Assembly: GCA_965206845.1 (NCBI GenBank)
Contig: OZ242221.1
Coordinates: 160,001-224,000 of the forward strand
Source: Cenarchaeum sp.
GTDB lineage: Archaea > Thermoproteota > Nitrososphaeria > Nitrososphaerales > Nitrosopumilaceae
Length of the DNA stretch: 64,000 nucleotides
Direction: 5' to 3'
This document shows, in pieces, positions 37,519 through 48,399 of the stretch. A model generated the notes under the pieces. It saw only the letters and a program-made list of their open reading frames with translations, did not search any database and was not told the origin of the DNA. The first letter of the stretch is position 1, and each line of letters opens with the position of its first letter. The position numbers were made by a program, and so were the translations under genes.

Positions 37519-38289
37519 TTAGAGAACAGGTGGCGCAATAAGAAACGTCACCTGTACGGATGTGGCGACCGTTTGATCAGGCGCGAAGAGCTGCGTTGAG
37601 GATCTGTCAGTGTCAGCTCGCGCGAATGCAAAAGACTCCTGCGCGTACGGTTTGCCATCAAACATCGATACCGTCTTGACCCCCGCTATCTCATGGCCAA
37701 GCGGCTCCAGAATCTCTTGCGCCCTGTCCATTGCATTAAGCACGGCGTCCTCGATGAGGTCGCGCTGTATCGCGGTCTGCCTGTCAGGCGAGAGTGTAAA
37801 GTATATCGTATCTATCCGGTTTGCCCCGGCGCCAACGGCACCGTCAACAATGTCCGCTGCCGAGTCCAGCATTGCCGTCTCAACGGTGACCGTGTTGGTC
37901 ACGCGGTACCCCACAAGCTCCTGCGTGTATAAGCCGTCCACCTCAAACCCCTGATACACTGGACGGATGTCAAACCGGGACGTGCTAACATCTTCCTGCG
38001 GTATCCCCGCCTCAAGTATGGCGCCTATCGTGCCGTCCATCAGATCCGAGTTGGACTCGAGGGCGCCACGGGCCGTATCCTCCTGCGTCTCAACGCCAAT
38101 CCGCACCACCAGCAGGTCCGCTGCCACGCTCTCTGACGCGGTTCCCACCACGCTGATCTCGTGCTCGTTTGTCTGAGCCGGTATCGCTGGAAACTCTTGC
38201 CGCGCATTGTCAGACAGACTCAAGGTCGCAACGGCTATTCCAAACAGCACAACGGCTACTGCTATAGCCAGCTTGCCGTCTGTAACCAT
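37519..38289 (-). CDS. SIMPL (DUF541) domain protein
   Basis: N-terminal TM segment, ISVVGTA, GYRVTNTVTV, GANRI, SVQVTF. Confidence 0.9.
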   Translation of the reverse strand: MVTDGKLAIAVAVVLFGIAVATLSLSDNARQEFPAIPAQTNEHEISVVGTASESVAADLLVVRIGVETQEDTARGALESNSDLMDGTIGAILEAGIPQEDVSTSRFDIRPVYQGFEVDGLYTQELVGYRVTNTVTVETAMLDSAADIVDGAVGAGANRIDTIYFTLSPDRQTAIQRDLIEDAVLNAMDRAQEILEPLGHEIAGVKTVSMFDGKPYAQESFAFARADTDRSSTQLFAPDQTVATSVQVTFLIAPPVL

Positions 38290-38381
38290 GCTTTTGGCCT
38301 TAGTCTATTATATTTATAGATTCTATTAAAAAATCTGATCTTTGTTATCCAATTACTCTAGGCAAGAAATACACTGGGAAT

Positions 38382-39038
38382 ATGGCACTTCGGGACGTTA
38401 CGCTGAGGGAGGAGTATAGATCAGACAGGAATGACCTGATCACCGAGTTCTTTGAGCCGTGCCTCAGGAACTGCGCCGAGTACTCCAGGTGCATCGAGTC
38501 GGTATCCATCAGGAATCTCTCAAAGCTGGCCCTGGGCCTTGACAACTTTACGGAGAGACGGGTCAAGATGCGCGTCGTCTGCGGCCACAGGTTCGATGCG
38601 TCCGAGCTGGATCTGCTCTCCAGGCTGTTTGGCCACAGCAAGGCCAAGGGCTTCCTGGGCGGTTCGATCATCAAAGACGCCAAGATGGCGATGCTAAGAA
38701 GCGTGGTAAAGGAACACCAGATCGAGATCCGGATTGCAATACCAAACTCCGAGGTGGTAGGCTCGTTTGCCGAGCGGGGCGGAATATTCGCAGATGAGCA
38801 TGGCGACATGGTGGCCTTTTCAGGTACGTCAAGCGATGCATTCTCGCAAAACACGCACAACTTTGAATCGCTGGATGTGTTCACGTCCTGGAATGACAGA
38901 TCCCGGGTCGAGCACAAGTTCAGTGACTTTGACATGCTGTGGACGAACAAGACGAAATACATCGACGTGTATGACTTTGTGCAGGCAGAGAAGAACAGCC
39001 TGCTCAAGTACTCCTCGCAGCTGATCCTTGATCTGTAG
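38382..39038 (+). CDS. Stand-alone degenerate PLD-like domain (like the N-terminus of PLD-SF2 helicase proteins)
   Basis: YRSDRNDLITEFFEPCL, GIF.D..GD.VAFSG, NFESLDVF.SW, F..LW; HxK motif replaced. Confidence 0.7.
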   Translation: MALRDVTLREEYRSDRNDLITEFFEPCLRNCAEYSRCIESVSIRNLSKLALGLDNFTERRVKMRVVCGHRFDASELDLLSRLFGHSKAKGFLGGSIIKDAKMAMLRSVVKEHQIEIRIAIPNSEVVGSFAERGGIFADEHGDMVAFSGTSSDAFSQNTHNFESLDVFTSWNDRSRVEHKFSDFDMLWTNKTKYIDVYDFVQAEKNSLLKYSSQLILDL

Positions 39039-39040
39039 GG

Positions 39041-39592
39041 CTAGTCCCGGTGCTTGTTCCGGTGAAACTCGGTCTTTGATATCTTGTAGTAGATCACCTC
39101 GCCGCGCCGCTCGATCACCGCGATTATGGGCTCCTTGCCCATCCGGGCAATCTCCTCGATCTTCTTCTGCAGCCGTCCGATCTTCTCCTGCCTTCCCTCG
39201 CTCATCCCAAATATCAGGTACTTTGTGCCCCGCTCTCCAAAGCCGCCGCGCTCATAGACCCTAAAATCAGAGCCAAACCCGAACCCGTCCTTTACCGTGT
39301 ATCCCCGGGTTCTCAGATCGCGGTATATGAGGAACTTGGTAAGGATCTCCCCGCTGTACTTTGAACTGACATCCATCATGCGGTCAAAGTCGATGCTCCG
39401 CCTGCCCTGGGTGAGCTTCAGCTTGCCCAGGTACAGCAGGTAGAGCGCCTCAAAATTCTTGAGGTAAAAGGCGCCGTGCAGCTCCTCGCCGTATCCCTTG
39501 AGCTCCAGCTGGCGTTGCGCCTCGCTGTCGGCAACAAGAACCTGATCCCGGACGAGCTTCCCCACCACCTCCGGCTCTGCCTCATACTCCAC
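39041..39592 (-). CDS. endA: tRNA-splicing endonuclease subunit, probably the structural subunit
   Basis: FEALYL, YRDLRTRGYTVK.G..FGSDFRVY; catalytic His not evident. Confidence 0.85.
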   Translation of the reverse strand: MEYEAEPEVVGKLVRDQVLVADSEAQRQLELKGYGEELHGAFYLKNFEALYLLYLGKLKLTQGRRSIDFDRMMDVSSKYSGEILTKFLIYRDLRTRGYTVKDGFGFGSDFRVYERGGFGERGTKYLIFGMSEGRQEKIGRLQKKIEEIARMGKEPIIAVIERRGEVIYYKISKTEFHRNKHRD

Positions 39593-39765
39593 TGGATTCT
39601 GATCCGGCTGTTTGCAATATTAAGGATGCACAGGTTCGCGTGATCATCTGTGCCGGGTACGAAGTCCCGGAATGAACAGATCTGCGCCGCCATGTGGCAT
39701 CAGGCCCTGCAGAGCTGGTGCATGCTGACTTACCGTTAAAATATGGGCAGGCTGTGCCAGACGGT

Positions 39766-40260
39766 ATGCACGGCGCAAACTACCGCAAGAGCAACGGCCA
39801 GCCATACACAAGAAAAAAGTACATCAGGGGAAAGCCCCAGTCCAAGATCGCAAAGTACCACGGCGGGAAGCGCGGCCAGTACGACTACTGCGTGCAGCTG
39901 CTGATAAACGAAAAGATCCAGATAAGGCACATGGCCATAGAATCCACGAGGCTGGCGGCGAACAAATTACTGGAGAAGACCACCGGCGAGTCAGGCTACT
40001 TTTCCAGACTGCGCATATACCCGCATATCCTGCTCCGAGAGAACAAGATGATCGCCGCTGCCGGCGCCGACAGGCTTCAGGAGGGAATGCGCCGCGCCTT
40101 TGGCAAGGCAGTAAGCCTGGCAGCCCGGGTGGATCGCGGCCAGTGCATTATGGAGATGAGCGTGAAAAAGGAGCATCTAGAAGCGGCCAAGGTTGCCCTG
40201 TACCGCGCCTGCGTCAAGCTGCCCGGCACGCCTACAATAAAGGTAATAGAGCTTGCCTAG
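39766..40260 (+). CDS. rpl10e: 50S ribosomal protein uL16 (L10e)
   Basis: YTRKKYI.G.P, YPHILLRENKM..AGADRLQEGMRRAFGK, KLPG. Confidence 0.96.
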   Translation: MHGANYRKSNGQPYTRKKYIRGKPQSKIAKYHGGKRGQYDYCVQLLINEKIQIRHMAIESTRLAANKLLEKTTGESGYFSRLRIYPHILLRENKMIAAAGADRLQEGMRRAFGKAVSLAARVDRGQCIMEMSVKKEHLEAAKVALYRACVKLPGTPTIKVIELA

Positions 40261-40526
40261 CCCTTCAGTACCTTGAGGAACCGCTCCCTGTGCTCTTCCA
40301 TGATCCCGACAAACTCCAGAAACTCGTCCGGATACGGATCCCGCTTGAGCACCCTGTGGCTCTGGTAGTAGAACGAGTTGTAGAGCCGCCCGGCCAGGAT
40401 TCCCAGCGATACCGCTCCTGCGTCCAGGGACGGCGCCAGAGCGCCTGCCAGCCTCTTGATCTCGTCTGCTGACTCGAGTGACTCGGCTATCTTTGCGTCC
40501 AGCCTGTCTTTGATGCGCGCGTCCAC
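40257..40526 (-). CDS. Small conserved hypothetical protein
   Basis: GILAGRLYNSFYYQSHRVLKRDP..EF.EF motif. Confidence 0.75.
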   Translation of the reverse strand: MDARIKDRLDAKIAESLESADEIKRLAGALAPSLDAGAVSLGILAGRLYNSFYYQSHRVLKRDPYPDEFLEFVGIMEEHRERFLKVLKG

Positions 40527-40602
40527 AGGCTTTGGTGGTTCCCGTGGTTAAAAAAAATACTGGACACCATGTGTGCCTGCGGCGCCGGTTGTGGCCGCGG
40601 GG

Positions 40603-42984
40603 CTACCTGCCGGCAGGCCTCCACCGCCTCAGCAGCAGGGAGTTTGACACGACAGATATCGAGCTTGCGGCCATGGCGATGCTGGCCATGGCCGGGTGGA
40701 GCAGCCCCATTCCCGCCACGGGGATTAGGACCGCATTGTACACAAACGCATAGACTAGGTTCTGCTTTATCCTGCCGGTCGTCTTTTTGCTGATCGCTAT
40801 GGCAGACACCGTTCCGACGGGATCCCCGTGCATCAGCACCACGTCCCCGGACTCCACTGCAATGTCTGTCCCCCCGCCTATGGCGACTCCCACGTCTGCC
40901 TGGGTCAGGGCCGGAGCGTCGTTGATACCATCGCCCACCATTGCAACCTTTCTGCCCTCCTGCTGCAGGCGCGCAATGGCGCCGGCCTTGTCTGCTGGAA
41001 GCATGTCAGCCAGGATCACGTCTATCCCCAGCTCCCCTGCGATCGTCTGCGATGCTGCCCTGCCGTCGCCCGTAAGCATCATCACGTTGATGCCCATCTC
41101 TTGGAGGCGCCTGACTGCGGTGCGCGCATTGGGCCTGGGCGTGTCTGAGAGGCCGATGATCCCGTAGATCTCTCCGCCTGCGGCCACAATAGAGACGGAC
41201 TTTCCGGCATCCTGCAGGCGCTGCACTGCATCGCCCCCGTCAATGCCGCTCTCCTGCATCATTCTGGCGCTGCCCACAATGATCTCCTTGCCGTGCACCG
41301 TTGCGCGCACGCCTCTGCCTGGGACAGAGACGAACTGCTGCGCCGCAACCGGCTCTATGCCCCGCTCCCGGGCGTACCGGACGGTGGCACGGGCAAGGGG
41401 GTGCTCGGACTTTTCCTGCGCGGCAGATGCCGCTGCCAGCAGATCGCTCTCCGATATCCCTGCAGACGGGATGACCTCTGTCACCTGCGGCCTGCCCAGG
41501 GTCAGGGTCCCGGTCTTGTCAAATACCACCGTATCCACCTTGCCCAGCACCTCGAGGCTTCTGCCGTCCCTAAAGACGATCCCGTGCCTGGCCGCCATGC
41601 CCATCCCCACCATCACCGCAGTGGGGGTTGCAAGGCCCAAGGCGCAGGGGCATGCAACCACAAGGACCGCCACAGTGGGAATCAGCGCCGCGGCAACCGA
41701 GCCGGTCCCTTCAATGATCATCCATAAAAGAAACGTTGCCAGCGCAACGGACATCACAACCAGCGAGAACCTTCCGGCCACCGCATCTGCCAGATTCTGC
41801 ACGGGGGGTTTTCTGGCCATGGCATCCTCCACCCGGGCCACCACCTGTGCCAGAAACGACTGGGCGCCCGTCCTTGTCACCTCGAGTGTGAGCGCGCCCT
41901 CCAGGTTTACCGTTCCCCCGATGACCGGATCCCCTGGGGATCTGGTGACGGGAGCGGGCTCCCCGGTGACCATGGATTCATCCACCGCAGAGCAGCCCTC
42001 GGTGACCCTAGAGTCCGCAGGGATGCCCTGTCCCGGGCGGACAAGCACCACATCGCCGGGCTGCAGGAGATCTGCTGCGATCTCCGACTCGATCCCGTCC
42101 CTGATGACTGCCGCGGTTCGCGGCCGCATCTCCAGCAGCTCCCTGATCGTGGAAGACGCCCTTCCCTTGGTCCTGTTCTCAAGGTACCTGCCCAGAAGGA
42201 CAAAGGTGATCACCATGGCAGACGCCTCGTAGTGCATATTCTCCCACAGCGGAACCGGAAAGGTATTGTAGGCGCTGAAGAGAAACGCGGCGCTTGTTCC
42301 CAGCACTATCAGGGTGTCCATTCCTGCTGCCCTGGCCCTGGCGGTTCGAAACGCCATGACGTAGAACCCTCGCCCGGCCAGCATCTGAACCACTGCGGCG
42401 CAGGCAAACACGGCGTACGCCACCTCTGCACCTGTGCCTATCTGGGGCAGGTATGCAGATCCAAAATTCCCAAGCAGAACCACGGGCACGCTAAAGAGCG
42501 CGGCCACAAAGAGCCGCCTCTTGGCCTCTTGCGCCTCTGCCTGCGCAGACGAGCCTGCGGTCTCGTCGACTATGCGGTAGCCGGAGCTGTTCAGGGTCAC
42601 TCGGATGTCTGCCAGGGAGAGCAGTGCAGGATTGTACCTTACCACAACCCTTGCATTTCCAAAGTTTGCCGACGCGTCACGCACTCCGGGAACCGCGCGA
42701 AGCATCTCCTCCAGGCGCCGGGCTCCTGCAACGTCTGTCATTCCCCGTATGCCGGCTGCCAGCTCCTCGTATACGACCCGGTAGCCTGCCTTTTGCACCG
42801 CCGCCTCCATCTCTAGAATGCTTGTTGACCCGGGATCACACTCCAGCACGGCCTTCTGGGAGCCCAAGCTGACATTGCACTCCCTTACGCCGGGAATCTC
42901 GGATAACTGGCTCTGGATGGTGCCGGCACACCCGGCGCAGGTCATTCCGCCTATCTTCAGAACGACTCTTTCCCTTGTATCCAT
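40603..42984 (-). CDS. copA: Copper-translocating P1B-type ATPase
   Basis: GMTCAGC HMA motif, [28 protein letters not shown] and M..SS motifs; second HMA domain lacks the cysteines. Confidence 0.95.
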   Translation of the reverse strand: MDTRERVVLKIGGMTCAGCAGTIQSQLSEIPGVRECNVSLGSQKAVLECDPGSTSILEMEAAVQKAGYRVVYEELAAGIRGMTDVAGARRLEEMLRAVPGVRDASANFGNARVVVRYNPALLSLADIRVTLNSSGYRIVDETAGSSAQAEAQEAKRRLFVAALFSVPVVLLGNFGSAYLPQIGTGAEVAYAVFACAAVVQMLAGRGFYVMAFRTARARAAGMDTLIVLGTSAAFLFSAYNTFPVPLWENMHYEASAMVITFVLLGRYLENRTKGRASSTIRELLEMRPRTAAVIRDGIESEIAADLLQPGDVVLVRPGQGIPADSRVTEGCSAVDESMVTGEPAPVTRSPGDPVIGGTVNLEGALTLEVTRTGAQSFLAQVVARVEDAMARKPPVQNLADAVAGRFSLVVMSVALATFLLWMIIEGTGSVAAALIPTVAVLVVACPCALGLATPTAVMVGMGMAARHGIVFRDGRSLEVLGKVDTVVFDKTGTLTLGRPQVTEVIPSAGISESDLLAAASAAQEKSEHPLARATVRYARERGIEPVAAQQFVSVPGRGVRATVHGKEIIVGSARMMQESGIDGGDAVQRLQDAGKSVSIVAAGGEIYGIIGLSDTPRPNARTAVRRLQEMGINVMMLTGDGRAASQTIAGELGIDVILADMLPADKAGAIARLQQEGRKVAMVGDGINDAPALTQADVGVAIGGGTDIAVESGDVVLMHGDPVGTVSAIAISKKTTGRIKQNLVYAFVYNAVLIPVAGMGLLHPAMASIAMAASSISVVSNSLLLRRWRPAGR

Positions 42985-43415
42985 ACCCTGGGTACGGGCG
43001 CCGCCTAAAAAACACTTGGCGGAAGTATGGCAGGGATCATTCCTGCACCGTCGGCGCGCTACGCGTCAGGTTAGAGTACGGCAGAAACCGATGTGGGCAC
43101 CGGCCATGCGACGCAGGAGTCACGCACGCCGGCTCACCTGCCGTTCCGGGCCCGGCGCGCGGGCCCCCTCGAGGCGCGTTCCCAGATTGCGCAGATACAT
43201 GAAATCTGGTCAGGGTGCATACCAGAGATGTGATTCGTAATTAGCACGCAGGCACATTAGAGCACGATCTTTGGCACAATCATACGAAAGTTGCATGCTT
43301 TGGAGCACACATCTGTAAGATTATGGGCATCGAAGGCCCGATTCTTAATTGCGGATCATGTCTCAGATGAAACGGCGTCCGGCCCCATGCGGCCACATTC
43401 GCACAAGCTTTAACT

Positions 43416-44873
43416 ATGGAATCGTGCAAATTTACCTGTTTGAGAAAGATACTTGTTGCTTCGACCCTTATGGTGATCCTGGTTACCGGGCTCTTCCCCA
43501 TCCAGTCCGCGCACTCCCAGTTTCAGGGGGGTGGTGTTGATCATGACGGCGAGTGGTACGTGGGAGAGGGGCTCGAGCGCGGCGACCTCGTTTCATACAA
43601 AATGTGCCATGCGGTCTACAAGGAGTGCGCGGAGTTTACAATGGACATCTGGATCGAGGGCGATGTGCAGTCTGGAAGTGAGACAAAGTGGCTTGCCAAC
43701 ACGGTAGTGCGTGACGGATCAAAGATCGTCAAGGGAGTCATGCACCTGAACAAGGTTGGAGCCGAGCCCACGACGGGAGGAAGCGAGGAGCTCACCACAT
43801 ACAGCAGCGCCTTCAAGTCATCCATTGCGTGGCTGTCCTCCTTTGCAAACGCGGCTAAACCAAAACAGTTCAGCGACATATCGTGGGGCAAGATCGGAAA
43901 CATCGGCGGCGAGCAGGTTGTTCCAAGGGAGATACTGCCAGACGGCCTTAACGTGCCTGCGGGGCACTTTGATGAGGTAATCGTAATCGGGTGGAGGACC
44001 GGCGGGGCTGTCAGCGAGGTATACGTGGTTGACGACTTTCCGTTCCCAATCAAGGCAAGCACGTGGCAGCATGTGTCTGAGGGAATACCGCCGCAGGAGT
44101 ACAAGTTCGAGCTGCTGTTGTACCAAAAGAATGTGACGGAGGATCCTTTTGCAGATGTCGTCTCTACGGCAGATCAGCTGGCAGGCGTGGACTGCCCCCC
44201 CATAAGCAGCCTTAAGACATCAGTCAAGCGCGTGACCTATAACGCCGAGTATCTGCTCCACGTATTCTACGCACCTGACATCCCGGTAAACGGATGCCCG
44301 ATGAAGTGGCAGATCAACTTTCTCAACAAGTTTGACGAGACAGAGTTTCTGGCCCAGGTTCAGTATGACCTGCTGGTTCTAAATGAGCGTGGCGAGCCAA
44401 TCCGTTCGGTTGCGCAGGATGAGGGGCGGGTGTTTCTCTATTCGCCCTCCGGGCTTGCAACCATTGAGATAATTGTAAGGGAGGAACCCGGCACGGCAAA
44501 GTACGCGATATGGATTTATGGTCTGGCCTCAGAGAACGCTGCACCAGGCAAAGCCAATACAGACTTTCTGCAGCTGGAGATCAACGTAGATCCGCCCAGG
44601 GACGCCATAGTGATCCCGGCATGGATAAAGACGACCGTGGGATTCTGGACATCCGGGGCGACCTCCGATGCCGAGTTTGTGAGCGCGATCCAGTTCCTCA
44701 TCAGCGAGGGAGTCATCATAGTGCCCCCCACGGCATCAGGATCCGACGGCGCCGCCGAGGTTCCACCGTGGATAAAGACGACCGCACAGTTCTGGGTGGA
44801 CGGCGTAACCAGCGACAAGGAGTTTGTGAGCGCGATCCAGTTCCTCATAAGGGCCGGCATTATCACAGCCTAG
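43416..44873 (+). CDS. Secreted protein with two C-terminal IPxWIK surface modules
   Basis: Signal peptide; IPAWIK..FW..G..SD.EFVSAIQFLI occurs twice; start uncertain. Confidence 0.85.
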   Translation: MESCKFTCLRKILVASTLMVILVTGLFPIQSAHSQFQGGGVDHDGEWYVGEGLERGDLVSYKMCHAVYKECAEFTMDIWIEGDVQSGSETKWLANTVVRDGSKIVKGVMHLNKVGAEPTTGGSEELTTYSSAFKSSIAWLSSFANAAKPKQFSDISWGKIGNIGGEQVVPREILPDGLNVPAGHFDEVIVIGWRTGGAVSEVYVVDDFPFPIKASTWQHVSEGIPPQEYKFELLLYQKNVTEDPFADVVSTADQLAGVDCPPISSLKTSVKRVTYNAEYLLHVFYAPDIPVNGCPMKWQINFLNKFDETEFLAQVQYDLLVLNERGEPIRSVAQDEGRVFLYSPSGLATIEIIVREEPGTAKYAIWIYGLASENAAPGKANTDFLQLEINVDPPRDAIVIPAWIKTTVGFWTSGATSDAEFVSAIQFLISEGVIIVPPTASGSDGAAEVPPWIKTTAQFWVDGVTSDKEFVSAIQFLIRAGIITA

Positions 44874-45059
44874 CAGCTCTTCAGCAGGGCCCGGAGCGTT
44901 GCAGCTAGGGACGCAAGATAGTTAGTTGCATAACCATCTCAACCGTGCCCAGATGGTTGCCGAGCAGCAGGCATTTCGTGCCTGCGATTCGGGGTTATGC
45001 AACTGACTAACGCAAGACCAAGCTTTAAACGGCAACCATGTACCAAAATACCACATACC

Positions 45060-45419
45060 TTGACAGGACTCTCCATCTACCCCAAGCGCCACCTGAGAAA
45101 GCTCATACGGCAGGGCGAGTACCGGCAGGCAATCGAGTTTGGCCACAGCATAGAGGGCAGGTTTGCAGGCGACGCGGACTTTAACTTCATAATGGGCAGC
45201 GTATTCTACATACTGGATGACGCGCAAAAGGCGATGGGATACTTTGATGCGTCCCTGAAGATAGACGACAGGGATGTCGAGACATGGCTGCTCAAGGGCA
45301 ACATCCACCTGTTCCTAAAGGAGAAGCAGGATGTCCTGGAGTGCTGCAACAGAATCCTTGACGTGGAGCCGGATCACGCAGAAGCGCAGACACTGCTTGA
45401 GAAGCTCCGGGATCTCTAG
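45060..45419 (+). CDS. TPR-repeat protein
   Basis: TPR-like helices (WLLKG..H, ILDVEPDH.EA); TTG start at 45060. Confidence 0.8.
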   Translation: MTGLSIYPKRHLRKLIRQGEYRQAIEFGHSIEGRFAGDADFNFIMGSVFYILDDAQKAMGYFDASLKIDDRDVETWLLKGNIHLFLKEKQDVLECCNRILDVEPDHAEAQTLLEKLRDL

Positions 45420-45925
45420 CTCTGGCTCCCGCCGGCGGTGCCGCCCTGCGGCTCCCTGCCAAGCAGGTACACCTCACTCATCACCCAGTTGCAGAACTCC
45501 GTCACGCGGGCGGTAAACTCGCACCATATGTGTATCGAATGGGGCAGTATGTCTATCCTTCCGTCCTCGAAGAAGATCTTGACCCCCTCCTTTCCCTCGT
45601 ACATGTAGGCATCCTCTGCCCGCACACCGCCCAGAACCTCCCGGGCCTTCTGCTTGATCGTATCCCGGCCTATGGGAAAGCGGGTCTTTGTCCTGTCCAG
45701 TATGATGCTCAGATCGCGCCTCCCATACATGTCAAACTCGTCTATCTTTCCCTCGTGGGGAAAGTTTACGATGAGATCGACGCCGTACCGCCGTCCGGCG
45801 TCGCGCCCGATCTCCGTGATCCTGCTGTACGCGATGGCAGGATTCCTCTTTAGCAGGATCCTTACCTGCGGCAGGTTTGACTTTAGCCGGGCCTGCAGAT
45901 CTCCGGTCATTACCGAGAAGCTCAT
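45416..45925 (-). CDS. Conserved hypothetical protein
   Basis: Coherent 169-aa ORF (DAYMYEGKEG, RIDILPHS.HIWC). Confidence 0.78.
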   Translation of the reverse strand: MSFSVMTGDLQARLKSNLPQVRILLKRNPAIAYSRITEIGRDAGRRYGVDLIVNFPHEGKIDEFDMYGRRDLSIILDRTKTRFPIGRDTIKQKAREVLGGVRAEDAYMYEGKEGVKIFFEDGRIDILPHSIHIWCEFTARVTEFCNWVMSEVYLLGREPQGGTAGGSQS

Positions 45926-46025
45926 CAGCCAGTTGTGGCGCCAGCGGGTATTTTACTTGTGGCGCCAGGCGTGTGCGTGGCCCCTGACGGGATCGGTTTT
46001 TTTACGCGGACGTACAACATCCGGC

Positions 46026-46670
46026 ATGGCGATGCCTGCAAACTATGACAGCATGAGAACTGATGACGCATCGGAGCGGACCGACGATGTCGGAACCTAC
46101 AAGATAACCTGCATGGACTTTATCCGGGACATATCGACTGACTACCTTGCATGGGTTGACTACTACAAGCTTCCGCAGGAGGAGGACAAAAAGCGACGCG
46201 CAGAGATTGCTGCCACCATCGAGAGGACGAACCTGTGGATTGCCAAGGTGGCGCAGTCCATCAAGGCAGTTGACGTGGTAATGAATGACGGGATTCAAAA
46301 GATGGCCGAGGCCACGGCGGGAAAGCCGTTTCAGATCGGCGTGTTTGTAAACCAAAAGTCCGGCTATACCGTGGCAGAGCCCGGCATAATCCGGGCAACC
46401 ATCAAGGCCACAGGACGCCAAGAGAGAAGAACCAGGCTGGGATTTCATTTCAAGCGCGACAGGTTCCGGATCGAGTCCACGTGCAACGCCATCATAGACG
46501 AGTCAAACCTGCCGGAGCAGGACTGCCAAATAATGGATATTCCGCTGACAATACACGCAGCCGACGGCAAGCCGCTTGACGTGATATCATTTACCGTTAC
46601 GGTGGTGGAACTAGTAGACGGCCAAGAGTACGACAAGCGCGGAGTATCCACCATCATTCATCTGGCGTGA
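46026..46670 (+). CDS. Conserved hypothetical protein
   Basis: ATG at 46026; beta-rich C-terminus ending YDKRGVSTIIHLA. Confidence 0.75.
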   Translation: MAMPANYDSMRTDDASERTDDVGTYKITCMDFIRDISTDYLAWVDYYKLPQEEDKKRRAEIAATIERTNLWIAKVAQSIKAVDVVMNDGIQKMAEATAGKPFQIGVFVNQKSGYTVAEPGIIRATIKATGRQERRTRLGFHFKRDRFRIESTCNAIIDESNLPEQDCQIMDIPLTIHAADGKPLDVISFTVTVVELVDGQEYDKRGVSTIIHLA

Positions 46671-46983
46671 CCCGGATTACGGCCCTGGACTCGCCGGCCC
46701 TGGACTCGCCGGGGTACTTGAGCTGTGAGACCTTCTCTGCCAGAAGGCGGTCAGTTACCACCGTTGCGGTGCCGGACAGCCTCTCTCCACCCACCACAAC
46801 ATACACGGAGCCGTTGTGGGCGGCATTCCTGAACCAGTCGCTGTCCGGCCGGTGCCTTGAAAAATAGTAGCTGCCGTTATAGTATACCGCCCTGAGCATC
46901 ACGGTGTGCTCCCTTCCGGTCTTTCTTCCTCTGGTAGCCAGAACCGCCCGGAAGGGACTTGTCGCAGGTACGGCCATGGACAT
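46654..46983 (-). CDS. Deazaflavin-dependent nitroreductase-like protein (DUF385)
   Basis: L.TRGRKTGREH, SDWFRN..N..V. Confidence 0.82.
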   Translation of the reverse strand: MSMAVPATSPFRAVLATRGRKTGREHTVMLRAVYYNGSYYFSRHRPDSDWFRNAAHNGSVYVVVGGERLSGTATVVTDRLLAEKVSQLKYPGESRAGESRAVIRVTPDE

Positions 46984-47403
46984 GCGGCAGTCCCGGGACA
47001 ATTTAACTCCAATGACAAAACAGGGTCGGCTAGCCCTTGGACTTTTTTATGCACCGCAGGCAGACGCCAAGGCCGTCACGCATCACAATATCAACATTGG
47101 ACGCATAGCACCTGCTGCAAAGACCCTTCACGATCTGTCGAGGTATGGCACCGCTTAAATTTTTTGTGGAAGTGTTTTTTTTTTTTGCCACTAGGACGCA
47201 TCATCCAACACATGCATGCGCGCAGATATTCCATGCGCAGAGGCGCATGCCACAATTACGCAGGCAGGACAGACCGGCATGCGCCGGTGCAATGGACAGG
47301 CCCCAGGCCAAACCCGGAGCCCCGGGCACGCCGTACAGGATCACAAACTAGGCCAAAAAAAAACCGTTCATAACAGTTTATACAATTAGCAGAGCCATCC
47401 GAT

Positions 47404-48399
47404 GTGTTGAACGCAATAGAGACCATCTCGCTTACAAAAAAGTACGGCGACATGGTGGCAGTGGACGACATCTCATTTTCTGTAAGTGAGGACGAGATAT
47501 TTGGATTTCTGGGCCCCAATGGCGCCGGCAAGAGCACGACCATGATGATCCTGACCACGCTGCTCAAGCCTACCACGGGTACCGCCATTGTTGCCGGATA
47601 CGACGTCCAGAGCCAGGCAGGCAAGGTGAGGCAGAGCATAGGATACGTCCAGCAGGATACCGCCGTGGACGAGTTTCTGACCGGCCGGGAGAACCTCTAC
47701 TTCCAGGCACGGATCAACCACCTCCCAAAAGACGTGGCCAGGGAGAGGATCGACGAGGCGCTGGAGCTGGTAGAGCTGGCAGACAGGCAGAATGATCCCG
47801 TGATCACATACTCCGGCGGCATGAAGAAGCGCCTCGATATCGCAGGCGGGCTGCTTCACAGGCCCAAGGTCCTGCTTTTAGACGAGCCCACGGTGGGGCT
47901 GGACATACAGACCAGGCGCAAGATCTGGGAACACCTGAGGTACATCCACCGCCAGTACGGCATCACCATCTTTGTCTCCACCCACTACATGGAGGAGGCC
48001 GACAGGCTGTGCGACAGGATTGGAATCGTAGACTATGGCAAGATACAGAACATCGGCAGCCCCCGGGACATGAAGAACGCCCTGGGAAGCCAGATAATCT
48101 CATTTACGGTAAAGGGCCGGGATGGCACGGGCGAGATGGCATCAAGGCTACAGGCCATGAGCCAGATCAAGGAGGTGCGCACGGAGGGAGACCACCTTAC
48201 CGTCTACACCTATGGCAGCGAGGAGGTGATACCGGGAATATTCGAGGCGGCAGGCATGCTAAAGATGAAGGTCGACTCGCTCTCGCTGACCCAGCCCACG
48301 CTGGACGACGTATTCCTGTCGCACACCGGCCACGACCTGCGCGACGAGACGTATACGCCGGGGCAGCCCACCGCAAAGCCCAAGAGGTCGCTGCGATGA
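47404..48399 (+). CDS. ABC exporter ATP-binding subunit (DrrA-like)
   Basis: GPNGAGKST, YSGGM, LLLDEPTVGLD, THYMEEAD. Confidence 0.94.
   Translation: MLNAIETISLTKKYGDMVAVDDISFSVSEDEIFGFLGPNGAGKSTTMMILTTLLKPTTGTAIVAGYDVQSQAGKVRQSIGYVQQDTAVDEFLTGRENLYFQARINHLPKDVARERIDEALELVELADRQNDPVITYSGGMKKRLDIAGGLLHRPKVLLLDEPTVGLDIQTRRKIWEHLRYIHRQYGITIFVSTHYMEEADRLCDRIGIVDYGKIQNIGSPRDMKNALGSQIISFTVKGRDGTGEMASRLQAMSQIKEVRTEGDHLTVYTYGSEEVIPGIFEAAGMLKMKVDSLSLTQPTLDDVFLSHTGHDLRDETYTPGQPTAKPKRSLR

Noticed and set aside
37193-37520. Integrated element at tRNA-Glu
   Set aside because: No integrase and no duplicated tRNA 3' end noticed in the window.
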